The notes below the pieces were generated by a model. That model was not told the origin of the DNA, did not search any database, and saw only the letters and a list, made by a program, of their open reading frames with translations. DNA of 64,000 nt, from IMG/VR virus record IMGVR_UViG_3300028833_000094, positions 32,001 through 96,000 of that record. One strand, given 5' to 3'. Position numbers and translations under genes: made by a program. Positions 1-7,880 of this stretch are shown one piece after another; within the stretch, counting starts at the first letter, position 1; each line of letters opens with the position of its first letter. This DNA is from a virus. Its lineage: Duplodnaviria; Caudoviricetes.

Positions 1-76
1 TCGCGGCTTCTAATAGTAGCACATTACTTTTGGTTAGTGCCGTTACACAAGCACTATAGATTTCTTCTCTTGTCAT
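1..76 (-). CDS. N-terminus of a gene running off the window, possibly a helicase/ATPase
   Basis: ATG at 76 just after the upstream stop; MTREEIYSACVTALTKSNVLLLEAA.. resembles the strand preceding a Walker A motif, but the motif itself is outside the window. Confidence 0.4.
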   Translation of the reverse strand, partial: MTREEIYSACVTALTKSNVLLLEAA

Positions 77-79
77 AAT

Positions 80-460
80 TTAATCTTCTTCTGTACCATA
101 TCTAATGCATAAGATATAATCATCAAGATGCTTTTTTAGAATATGTCCAGGTATCTTACACCCTTGTAATATTCTCAATAGCTTTCTTCCTAAAACAGAT
201 GATTCATCTTCATACCTAAAATCTTCATCAATACTTTTGGTAAATCCAAGGAATGGTAAGATGATGGAGATAGTAATATAGTCATCATCATCTATGAAGT
301 TACACTCAATTTCTACAATAGGAAGGATAGAGGTAAAAGGACTTTCAAGTATTCCACTATATCCTACATATTTGTCAATATCATGAGGATCTTTCAACTT
401 TACATAGTCTTGGTCCTTATATATTACATTGAGAAGTTTTTCAATTTTCTTTTGTTCCAT
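80..460 (-). CDS. hypothetical protein
   Basis: 126-aa ORF in the leftward gene array, A-rich leader. Confidence 0.7.
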   Translation of the reverse strand: MEQKKIEKLLNVIYKDQDYVKLKDPHDIDKYVGYSGILESPFTSILPIVEIECNFIDDDDYITISIILPFLGFTKSIDEDFRYEDESSVLGRKLLRILQGCKIPGHILKKHLDDYILCIRYGTEED

Positions 461-524
461 AATTTAACTATACCAAATTTCTGGAAGTTCTGAGTCATCA
501 TAGAATGATGACCTGCTGTAAAGA

Positions 525-758
525 TTAAGCCACATCTTCATGGGCTTCCATACTTGAGAGATAACTGTCTGCTTCCTGACTCAGGAGATAATCCAAAGCA
601 TCTTGCTCTGTCATCTCATCCTGGAGAGTCTTTGTAATCAGACAATTCAGTTCATAGATACATTCTCCAAGAGCATCCCTGTAGGGCAGAGGATGGGTAG
701 TGTTACCCATACGCTCTGTCCACTGAGATATAAGTTTTTGCAAATCGGTAATCATCAT
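525..758 (-). CDS. hypothetical protein (acidic C-terminus)
   Basis: 77-aa ORF, start overlaps stop of upstream gene (ATGA). Confidence 0.7.
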   Translation of the reverse strand: MMITDLQKLISQWTERMGNTTHPLPYRDALGECIYELNCLITKTLQDEMTEQDALDYLLSQEADSYLSSMEAHEDVA

Positions 759-1069
759 AATCCTCTGATAACATTCAATAATCTGCGCCAGATAGATGAG
801 TTACTGTGTACACCCATACCATTCTTACGGTTCTTAGATACATGCTTTGCTGAAGCAGTAAAGAAGCAGAGGGATTCAGGTTTCTTGGACAACACTGTAT
901 ACCAGTGAGCCTGTACAGCCTGAGGAGTGCGCTGATATCCTGCATCATTGAGATGCTCAGACACCATCATGAAACACCTGTGAAGATTGTAGGGAGAGTT
1001 CTTCACATAGCGGAGTAACACTTGGTCTTCTTCAAAAGACCATCTTCTTTGATTTCTTCTTCTTTCCAT
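755..1069 (-). CDS. Myb/SANT-like helix-turn-helix protein
   Basis: RRWSFEEDQVLL matches the W-[ST]-x-E-E-D-x-x-L Myb start; RTPQAVQAHW matches the third helix R-[ST]-x-x-x-x-x-x-[RH]-W. Confidence 0.6.
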   Translation of the reverse strand: MERRRNQRRWSFEEDQVLLRYVKNSPYNLHRCFMMVSEHLNDAGYQRTPQAVQAHWYTVLSKKPESLCFFTASAKHVSKNRKNGMGVHSNSSIWRRLLNVIRGL

Positions 1070-1100
1070 TTTAATTATTTAAAAAATTAAACACTAAGTT

Positions 1101-1139
1101 TAAAAGAAATCCTACCCAGTCATCACGACTGAATAGGAT
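1101..1139 (-). terminator. intrinsic terminator with GUGAU loop
   Basis: minus strand ATCCTATTCAGTC-GTGAT-GACTGGGTAGGAT-TTCTTTT. Confidence 0.7.
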
Positions 1140-1250
1140 AAGGTGTAAGAAAAAATGTATAAAGAAATATTGAACCACGATTTACAACATTTTCTTACTA
1201 AAATGCACGTATTTAAATATAACAAAAAACCCTTTACACCGCTGTGTTTC
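1101..1250 (-). ncRNA. candidate small RNA (about 150 nt) with own promoter and terminator
   Basis: TATATTTG promoter element at 1256-1263 (-), U-rich body, terminator 1101-1139, no credible ORF. Confidence 0.45.
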
Positions 1251-1376
1251 AGGTGCAAATATATATATAAAGAATTTATGATTAACTGAGTTAAGGAACG
1301 TGCTTAGACTATCTAAAAGAAAAACCCCAATGCCAGAAAGACCTGACACTGGGGAATAAAAACAAAATGACAAAGA

Positions 1377-1475
1377 CTAAAAGTCTTTTAATTTACCAAC
1401 AATGTAATTGCCGATAGCAGCACCTATGATGATGGCTGCTGCAGCGAAAAGTACTGAAAAGAGAATGATTTTCAT
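1377..1475 (-). CDS. 32-aa single-pass membrane peptide (not in ORF track)
   Basis: MKIILFSVLFAAAAIIIGAAIGNYIVGKLKDF*; ATG overlaps TGA of the upstream gene. Confidence 0.65.
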   Translation of the reverse strand: MKIILFSVLFAAAAIIIGAAIGNYIVGKLKDF

Positions 1476-1708
1476 TGCTTATAGTAGCCTATATAGTTTT
1501 CATACTTAGGATTAGATGCAGAAAAGAAGCATCTTGCCATAATCTGAGCATTGGAATGATAGGATTTCTTCTTTCTCTGAGCCTTAATCTGGTTACTGAC
1601 CAGACGTTTCATTACTGGATTAAGTTCTGTACGGAAGGCTAAGAAGCACTTACCATTAAGTTCCAATTCTTTTTGAATGTCTTGGATTGCTAAATCTTTT
1701 GCTGACAT
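1472..1708 (-). CDS. hypothetical protein
   Basis: 78-aa ORF preceded by AACCCTTTAA leader motif. Confidence 0.7.
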   Translation of the reverse strand: MSAKDLAIQDIQKELELNGKCFLAFRTELNPVMKRLVSNQIKAQRKKKSYHSNAQIMARCFFSASNPKYENYIGYYKQ

Positions 1709-1854
1709 AATGTTAAATTTTAAAGGGTTTATAATTAAGTGAACTAAAATGCTGTATGAGAGGGTCAGATAAAAAAGAAGGAGAAGGAGAAGAAAGGAAT
1801 AATAATCCCTTCTTGCTCCCGCTCCTTATCTAACCCTTTAAATAACAATAATTG

Positions 1855-1993
1855 TGGGAATCAGGAGAATCGAACTCCTGTATAAGACCTACACAGTCCC
1901 TTCAGCTCAAGAAAACTTTTAAAGAGGCAGGACTGCTGTGACCTGCATTTCATACTTTTCTTGATTCAGTGTCTTATGCCACCGAGGATTCCC
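1855..1993 (-). ncRNA. tRNA-like RNA (139 nt): acceptor stem and T-arm, with a long helix replacing D and anticodon arms
   Basis: GGGAATC/GATTCCC-A acceptor; AGGAG-TTCGATT-CTCCT T-arm; nested helices ATAAGAC/GTCTTAT, TCAAGAAAA/TTTTCTTGA, GCAGG/CCTGC. Confidence 0.7.
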
Positions 1994-2007
1994 TTATAAA
2001 AATGGAG

Positions 2008-2079
2008 TAGTCCCAATGAGAATCGAACTCATATCTACTCTTTAGGAGAGAGTTATTCTATCCATTGAACTATGAGACC
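2008..2079 (-). tRNA. trnR: tRNA-Arg(CCT)
   Basis: GGTCTCA/TGGGACT acceptor, anticodon arm ACTCT-CTCCTAA-AGAGT, T-loop TTCGATT; AGG codons are common in this phage. Confidence 0.9.
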
Positions 2080-2323
2080 ATTTGCCCCACCGCTGTAGGG
2101 CTTTACTGCAATTTGTGAAATATGAAAAACTAAACCAATCGAAATTTAAATCAAGAAATATATGGCTGAAAATAATAATAAATTGCAGTAAGATGCCTTA
2201 TCTATTTTCACAAATAGAATAGGCTGGATAATTACACATATAAATGAAAAACACTTAAAGTTAGTCCTCAGCCTACTTATCACAAGCAAGCTGATGAATT
2301 TCGATTCAAGAAAACGCCTTAAT

Positions 2324-2479
2324 CTATACTATTCTATACTCATTCAGTAATTTAGGTTTCAGTTGGTATCTATCATTTGTATTAAAGGACTCCAACTTAG
2401 AATCATCTTCATCAAAGTCCATCCATTCAGTCCATTGTTTACCTTTTGGACCCATATATTCATATCTTTTCTGTATCAT
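2324..2479 (-). CDS. 51-aa hypothetical protein (not in ORF track)
   Basis: MIQKRYEYMGPKGKQWTEWMDFDEDD..EYRIV*, overlapping the end of the upstream gene. Confidence 0.6.
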   Translation of the reverse strand: MIQKRYEYMGPKGKQWTEWMDFDEDDSKLESFNTNDRYQLKPKLLNEYRIV

Positions 2480-2738
2480 TGCTTAATACATTATAGATTC
2501 TGATTAAATCTTTCTTATGCATATCATCAAATTCAACTGGCTCATTGAAGCCTTGAATATTGAAGTAGATAATTCCTTCAGAAGGAATCTGAAAAGCACC
2601 AGTCACTATAGGCATCTGAAGAGAACTGAGTCCCATTGCCTGCTCTTCGCCTATAACTATATTACAATGCATAGGCTTTTCTTCACAAGTATCCATCAGG
2701 ATAGCAGATAACTTGTGTCTTAGTTGTTCTTTTGTCAT
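2460..2738 (-). CDS. hypothetical protein
   Basis: 92-aa ORF, leader TAACCCTTTAAGATT-ATG. Confidence 0.75.
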   Translation of the reverse strand: MTKEQLRHKLSAILMDTCEEKPMHCNIVIGEEQAMGLSSLQMPIVTGAFQIPSEGIIYFNIQGFNEPVEFDDMHKKDLIRIYNVLSNDTEKI

Positions 2739-3424
2739 AATCTTAAAGGGTTAAAGTAGAGTAAAAAGGAAGGAGGACAGCCTAAGGAGATGCTATAATA
2801 AGCATGACTGTCCTTATCCTTCCAGAGAGACTTACTCCTTGTATTTCTTAAAGTAAAAGGAAAGGCAATTGCAAGGCTAAAGTACTTTCATTAATTAATA
2901 AGGGAAGTAAGCCTTGCTTGAGCCTTTCTTGGTTATATATCATTTTCCAGTTAATTGAGAAGTTATACTTTATACCAATGTATTTTGATTCGTATAAGGA
3001 CTCTATTGAGGGGAAATAGATTTGTCTTTTTGTAATAATTCCGTAAAAGGAAAACCAAAAATGAGATTTTCAGGAAATGAAAAGCCCCAAAATACCTTAG
3101 AAATAAGTATATGATATCTATATAGTGTGTAGATAAGGTGAGTGAAAAGTGTTATAGATTATGTGAATATTGAAGATTTGAGAGTCTTGAAAATAATGGT
3201 AAAGTGAGAGGGGAGGGTATTTTGTGTCCTTTTCCTCCACTAAATCATTTAATCTATATTACAAATAGACCATAATATGTTCTTTTTGTACGATTTCAAT
3301 ATTTATCATCTTTTTCTTATTTACACCTTATTATATATATAGAGGGCTAAGTCGATTGTCCCAAGGGCAAAAAATAAAATAAACAGTGGAATTAAGACCT
3401 TGAGGTAAGTCGCAAGGACCCTGA

Positions 3425-3463
3425 GAAAAAAATATAAAGGGGGTGGACATAGCCACTCCCCTT
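3425..3463 (-). terminator. intrinsic terminator
   Basis: minus strand AAGGGGAGTGG..CCACCCCCTT followed by TATATTTTTTT. Confidence 0.7.
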
Positions 3464-3485
3464 ATTGAAGTCAATCTACAAAGAC

Positions 3486-3887
3486 TTATCCACGCTTTGC
3501 CAGATACTCTTTCTTGGCATCTTCAGACTCCCATACATCATATCTCACAATGCTGGGCTGACCTGCCTTCTTCAGTTCCTGACCAAAGATGAGATTAATC
3601 TTAATCTTGTCACCTTCGTCATAACCATTCTGGACAGCCTTACCAGCCTTCAACTCAATGCTGGAACCATCCTTAAAGGGAATTGTAAGACGCAGAGATG
3701 TAGAACCATCACTGAACTCTGCAGAAGTAACTTCTGCTTCATCACCCTGGATGTCCTTGTAATTGAACATCTCTGTTGCTTCGCAGATTTCTTCAAGGGT
3801 AAATGCATCACCTGTGGGAACCCACTCTGACTTGTTGAACACTGAGTTGTTTGCTACTGCCAGGAAACTTTTGCTAATAGTTGCCAT
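3486..3887 (-). CDS. small beta-rich protein, paralog of 4726..5088
   Basis: shared MAT..VFNK..EW..TL.E..DG..L+++IP..DG..E.D.I pattern; biased codon use suggests high expression. Confidence 0.75.
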   Translation of the reverse strand: MATISKSFLAVANNSVFNKSEWVPTGDAFTLEEICEATEMFNYKDIQGDEAEVTSAEFSDGSTSLRLTIPFKDGSSIELKAGKAVQNGYDEGDKIKINLIFGQELKKAGQPSIVRYDVWESEDAKKEYLAKRG

Positions 3888-4080
3888 AATCTTTAAACTT
3901 TAAACTGTTAATAAATAAATGTGAACTGTGTGGGGAGACTAAGTCAAAGACTATCAATCTCCACCAAAAAAGGTAAGACGTGATATTTTGTTAAAGACAA
4001 GGACTATAACTTTAACTAAAGAAAGAAAATAAATAAAAGAAAGAAAGGTATAAATAAGTCGAAAATAAAAATGAAAAAAT

Positions 4081-4120
4081 AAAAAAAGGGAAATCTAACC
4101 CCAAGGCCAGACTTCCCTTC
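4081..4120 (-). terminator. intrinsic terminator
   Basis: minus strand AAGGGAAGTCTG..TAGATTTCCCTT-TTTTT. Confidence 0.7.
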
Positions 4121-4130
4121 TTTTTCTAAG

Positions 4131-4334
4131 TTACCATACTTCTACTACCGAATGATAATATCCATTTGATATTATTCGCCAATTTTCACCTGACTGAGGA
4201 GCCCTCACATCATGCAAAGCTTCCCTTATGCCAGGAGCAAGTGTCCATAAGAAAGTTTCATTAGGAACAATCTTTGCATCTGGATATTTCTCCAGCCATT
4301 TCTCAGGAGAGAAATAATGTTCTATATACACCAT
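4131..4334 (-). CDS. hypothetical protein
   Basis: 67-aa ORF directly after upstream stop. Confidence 0.65.
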   Translation of the reverse strand: MVYIEHYFSPEKWLEKYPDAKIVPNETFLWTLAPGIREALHDVRAPQSGENWRIISNGYYHSVVEVW

Positions 4335-4335
4335 A

Positions 4336-4665
4336 TTAATCTAAAATCCAAGTTTTGTTACTGAATATATTATCTTCCCATTCATCAGACAGATGATATG
4401 TTTCCACAGTTACACTATGTAACCATCCATTAATGTTGATATCAGAGGTTATCTGAAGAGTCCTATGATTCTCATCAAGCCATTTTGGATCAGAATATCT
4501 AGCATATCTGCCCATTCTGTTATTAGCAGCCTCATCATAGATACTTTGCATCAACTGCTGAGCAGTCTCTAAATCTTCAACAAGTCTTACAAGAAATGAT
4601 GATTCACTTCCTAACTCATGCTTATGGTGGCATGTAATAACATACCATAATTTCTTTTCTTCCAT
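4336..4665 (-). CDS. hypothetical protein (probable start MEEKK at 4665)
   Basis: ATG at 4665 follows the TAACCCTTTAA leader motif. Confidence 0.7.
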   Translation of the reverse strand: MEEKKLWYVITCHHKHELGSESSFLVRLVEDLETAQQLMQSIYDEAANNRMGRYARYSDPKWLDENHRTLQITSDININGWLHSVTVETYHLSDEWEDNIFSNKTWILD

Positions 4666-4725
4666 ATTATTGTATATTAAAGGGTTAGTAAATGCCCTGC
4701 CTGTCACACAGGGCTATATAATATC

Positions 4726-5088
4726 TTAGATACACTCACCTGTTATATATCCATGAGACTTACCCATAGCCTTTTCCACACAGAATTTAACAGTCTTCAG
4801 GTCAATCTCATCATCTTCCTCAAAGTCATTCTCATAGGAGAGGTCAAACTCCCCTTCACCATCCTCCAGAGGGATAGACATCTTCAAGAAGATGCCCCCA
4901 TCCTTACGTTCTTTGGCAATTACTGTAGGATTGCCAGTTACATGAGCAAGTGCAGGGTCAATCAGCTCTGCATACTCACTGAGAGTCAGAGTCATAGACT
5001 CATCAGTTTTCCACTCACGCTTGATATACTGAGCCTTGTTGAACACTTCCTTAAGTTCAGCTACTTTCTTTGCACTAAATGTTGCCAT
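4726..5088 (-). CDS. small beta-rich acidic protein, paralog of 3486..3887
   Basis: protein motif similarity plus shared DNA words (cttgttgaacact; gttgccataat). Confidence 0.75.
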   Translation of the reverse strand: MATFSAKKVAELKEVFNKAQYIKREWKTDESMTLTLSEYAELIDPALAHVTGNPTVIAKERKDGGIFLKMSIPLEDGEGEFDLSYENDFEEDDEIDLKTVKFCVEKAMGKSHGYITGECI

Positions 5089-5213
5089 AATACAAAACCT
5101 TCACATACAACTAGGCACAATGATTTAGCCCAGAGCCTCTTAGCGGAAGGTACTGGCTTTTGGTTGTTAATATAAAGGGTTATTGTGTTTCTCAGAGTGT
5201 AGATGTTAAGGGA

Positions 5214-5330
5214 TCAGATGTCCCACTCATCAAGTGCTTCTTCTGGAGTGTATCCATGATCCATACACCAGATTACTTCTGCCTGCAGATTATATTTCTC
5301 TGCTTTAGCAATTGCTTCTTCTCTTGTCAT
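5214..5330 (-). CDS. 38-aa protein (not in ORF track) with GYTPEEALDEWDI motif
   Basis: MTREEAIAKAEKYNLQAEVIWCMDHGYTPEEALDEWDI*, starts 3 nt after upstream stop. Confidence 0.7.
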   Translation of the reverse strand: MTREEAIAKAEKYNLQAEVIWCMDHGYTPEEALDEWDI

Positions 5331-5332
5331 AG

Positions 5333-5668
5333 TTATAACCTGTTGAATTCTTCTAAGTCAAAATTACTGTAGCTCACTTTCCTAAGAGGTTTATTGAACC
5401 ACAGATGCAGCAAATACCAGTTAACCTGGGCTCTCAGTCTCTGCTTTCTGAGATAATCATCAGATACCTCAATGCCTGAGAGAGCCTGATCCATAGCATC
5501 AATATATCTGCCTTCCTCTCTTTTAGCCCTCTCTTTGATGAAGGCATAAAGATCCAACACATCACGCTTGCCTCCTTGTTTTCTGTAATCCTCAAAGGAG
5601 TGGATAAGGATGCTCTCTTCTACTTTACCTTCAAAGAGAACGTTCTGATCTAATACTTGCATAATCAA
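5333..5668 (-). CDS. hypothetical protein
   Basis: about 110-aa ORF in array. Confidence 0.7.
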   Translation of the reverse strand: MIMQVLDQNVLFEGKVEESILIHSFEDYRKQGGKRDVLDLYAFIKERAKREEGRYIDAMDQALSGIEVSDDYLRKQRLRAQVNWYLLHLWFNKPLRKVSYSNFDLEEFNRL

Positions 5669-5691
5669 TACTCTTTAATCATTGTTATATT

Positions 5692-5889
5692 CTAATCATT
5701 AATAGGAAGATGCTCCGCTCTAGTCTTAAAAACATACTTCACACCTATATTACTCCAGTACTGCTGTGCTTTACGCCCTGCAGTTTGAGCATCTTGTTTG
5801 GTTTTATAAAACTCACCTTCAAGATAATCTTCATATTCAAAGTTACCATTATTGTAGTCAAACTTGAATAATAGTCTATATACTTTCAT
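5692..5889 (-). CDS. hypothetical protein
   Basis: 65-aa ORF, tightly packed. Confidence 0.65.
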   Translation of the reverse strand: MKVYRLLFKFDYNNGNFEYEDYLEGEFYKTKQDAQTAGRKAQQYWSNIGVKYVFKTRAEHLPIND

Positions 5890-5890
5890 C

Positions 5891-6154
5891 TTAGTATTCT
5901 TTAATTATTGTTGTTTTACCTGTATCAAGAAGCTGCTGAATTCTGAGTGTAGACTCATCAGCACTGTCAGATAGACTATCAATAAGGTCAGCAACCTCAC
6001 CAATAGTAGCACAATCATTCCAATCAATCTCCATCGGAGGATTAGGTAACATACCTTCTTCAGTTGCAAGGTCTTCCTTGGTCTTACACCATGTGAATGC
6101 CAAGAAGCAAGTACTATTCTTCCTTACTTCCAATACTTCTCTAAAATCTGCCAT
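5891..6154 (-). CDS. hypothetical protein
   Basis: 87-aa ORF, tightly packed. Confidence 0.7.
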   Translation of the reverse strand: MADFREVLEVRKNSTCFLAFTWCKTKEDLATEEGMLPNPPMEIDWNDCATIGEVADLIDSLSDSADESTLRIQQLLDTGKTTIIKEY

Positions 6155-6165
6155 AATTTTACTTG

Positions 6166-6561
6166 TTATTTGAATAATCCTTTTACTATAATACCCTCTA
6201 TTTCTGCTTCTGCTTGGTCTAAATATTTGTAATACAGAGTCCTATCAGTTCTTCTGAGAGCTGCATGTTTTCTTCTCAATAATTCTCCCACAGTGTGGAA
6301 GCCATTATCTTCCTCCCATGCTACATAGTACACATTACCTATCATAGTAAGTTTAGAGCTCAGAAAGAACAATCCAGAACCTTCCTCAAGAGTGACAAAG
6401 AGTTTTATCCAACCAGGATGCCTATCTCCATAAGGAGCAATCCTAACACTCTCAACATTGTAATCTACAACCTTGTCACCAGGATATACCTTATGACCAT
6501 TACTTGCAAATGCATCAATAGCTGCATTCAAAATGTCAATTACTAATTCTTTCGTTTCCAT
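6166..6561 (-). CDS. hypothetical protein (probable start METKE)
   Basis: ORF in array; ATG just after upstream TGA. Confidence 0.7.
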   Translation of the reverse strand: METKELVIDILNAAIDAFASNGHKVYPGDKVVDYNVESVRIAPYGDRHPGWIKLFVTLEEGSGLFFLSSKLTMIGNVYYVAWEEDNGFHTVGELLRRKHAALRRTDRTLYYKYLDQAEAEIEGIIVKGLFK

Positions 6562-6566
6562 AATAT

Positions 6567-6689
6567 TCAATTGTTAAATGATTTGATTTTCCAATATTGA
6601 TTCCCATAAGCAAACCTGTAATTGTCTGCCTGCTTCCAAGAAGGAAAGCTACCTATGTAGCCCCCTTCAGAGTCATAGAGTCTATACAT
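6567..6689 (-). CDS. 40-aa hypothetical protein (not in ORF track)
   Basis: MYRLYDSEGGYIGSFPSWKQADNYRFAYGNQYWKIKSFNN*; TAATG overlap with upstream stop. Confidence 0.65.
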   Translation of the reverse strand: MYRLYDSEGGYIGSFPSWKQADNYRFAYGNQYWKIKSFNN

Positions 6690-7039
6690 TATAATTCCTC
6701 CTCAACCTGTTTCTTGATAAAGACAACCTTTGGAACTTCTATGCAGCTAGTCTTAATAAACCGTACTCTGCTAATATCAGAGGCAATAATGTCAATTGTG
6801 GAACTCTCATAATACCCAGCAGGAAATTTCTTATTACCTACTACTGGCTGGATAGTCAGCTTATAAGTGTCCTTACAATATGCTCCAAGAATAGAGCACA
6901 CCTGTTCTTCAGAAAGCCTTGTTTCAAGCAGAGTATCAATAGCTCTCTGCTGTTCATGAGTCATAGGATCCTCATAGGATACCTTAACGATGAAATACTT
7001 TCTTTCCAGTCTCTGTGAATTGAATCTTACTGTAATCAT
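6689..7039 (-). CDS. hypothetical protein
   Basis: 116-aa ORF after TAACCCTTTAA leader. Confidence 0.7.
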   Translation of the reverse strand: MITVRFNSQRLERKYFIVKVSYEDPMTHEQQRAIDTLLETRLSEEQVCSILGAYCKDTYKLTIQPVVGNKKFPAGYYESSTIDIIASDISRVRFIKTSCIEVPKVVFIKKQVEEEL

Positions 7040-7065
7040 GATTTTATTATTTTAAAGGGTTAATA

Positions 7066-7224
7066 CTATTTATTCTTTAAAGGTTTGAACTCAGTGGTTT
7101 CCCACATTTTTCTTTTAAGCTCCCAGTAAGCTCTATAACCTTCTGAGAGTGTAGAAAACTGATGCCTAGTACTAGCTGACATCTTACCAGCTTTCCAATT
7201 CTCGATAAAATTCTTGATTTTCAT
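7066..7224 (-). CDS. hypothetical protein (probable start MKIKN at 7224)
   Basis: ATG follows TAACCCTTTAA leader. Confidence 0.65.
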   Translation of the reverse strand: MKIKNFIENWKAGKMSASTRHQFSTLSEGYRAYWELKRKMWETTEFKPLKNK

Positions 7225-7292
7225 AATTCTGTTTTGTTTTAAAGGGTTATAGTGCAGCTCACTTTGTATAAGGTGGAGCTGCATGACCTTGA

Positions 7293-7454
7293 TTAGTCTT
7301 CAGAATAATCTTCTTCCTTAATCATGTAAGCATGAGTATTCTTCCACTGTGTTTCAATGTAAGACTCAGCTTCTTCTCTAGTCTCAAAAGGCATGTGGTC
7401 CTCAAACCATTTTTCTGTACCTTTCAGTCTGCTGTAAACCTGAAATAGTATCAT
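7293..7454 (-). CDS. 53-aa hypothetical protein (not in ORF track)
   Basis: MILFQVYSRLKGTEKWFEDHMPFETREEAESYIETQW..SED*, starts just after upstream stop. Confidence 0.65.
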   Translation of the reverse strand: MILFQVYSRLKGTEKWFEDHMPFETREEAESYIETQWKNTHAYMIKEEDYSED

Positions 7455-7455
7455 A

Positions 7456-7674
7456 TTACATTCTCATTATTTGAGTAATAGTGAAACTCGTATAGAGCTT
7501 CATCAATCTAACAAACTCTTCCTTAGCAGCCTGCCTATTAGGACAAGTAATCCTAATGTTTGCACTCTTACTGAAGAAGCACACTGAATATGTGCTCTTG
7601 TAATGATTCTCATCTTTACGGATGGTGATGGTAGCACTCTCGGTCTTTACCATCTTATAGCTTCTAATTTTCAT
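7456..7674 (-). CDS. hypothetical protein
   Basis: 72-aa ORF, tightly packed. Confidence 0.65.
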   Translation of the reverse strand: MKIRSYKMVKTESATITIRKDENHYKSTYSVCFFSKSANIRITCPNRQAAKEEFVRLMKLYTSFTITQIMRM

Positions 7675-7675
7675 A

Positions 7676-7870
7676 TTATTTGTTATTTAAATTGTTAGTA
7701 ATAGTTTCATCAATGAGAGCAATCATTCCAGCTCCCAAGAACAGAGTAACAACAACACCATAGATGCTATTGGAGAACAGTGCAGTAATGATAGTAGCCA
7801 TACTGCCAGATACCAGAACAGCTCCCCTGAGGAGAGCTGCCTGTAATGATTTGCTTATAATTCTTTTCAT
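7676..7870 (-). CDS. small membrane protein (2 TM)
   Basis: two hydrophobic segments. Confidence 0.65.
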   Translation of the reverse strand: MKRIISKSLQAALLRGAVLVSGSMATIITALFSNSIYGVVVTLFLGAGMIALIDETITNNLNNK

Positions 7871-7880
7871 ATTATTAAGA

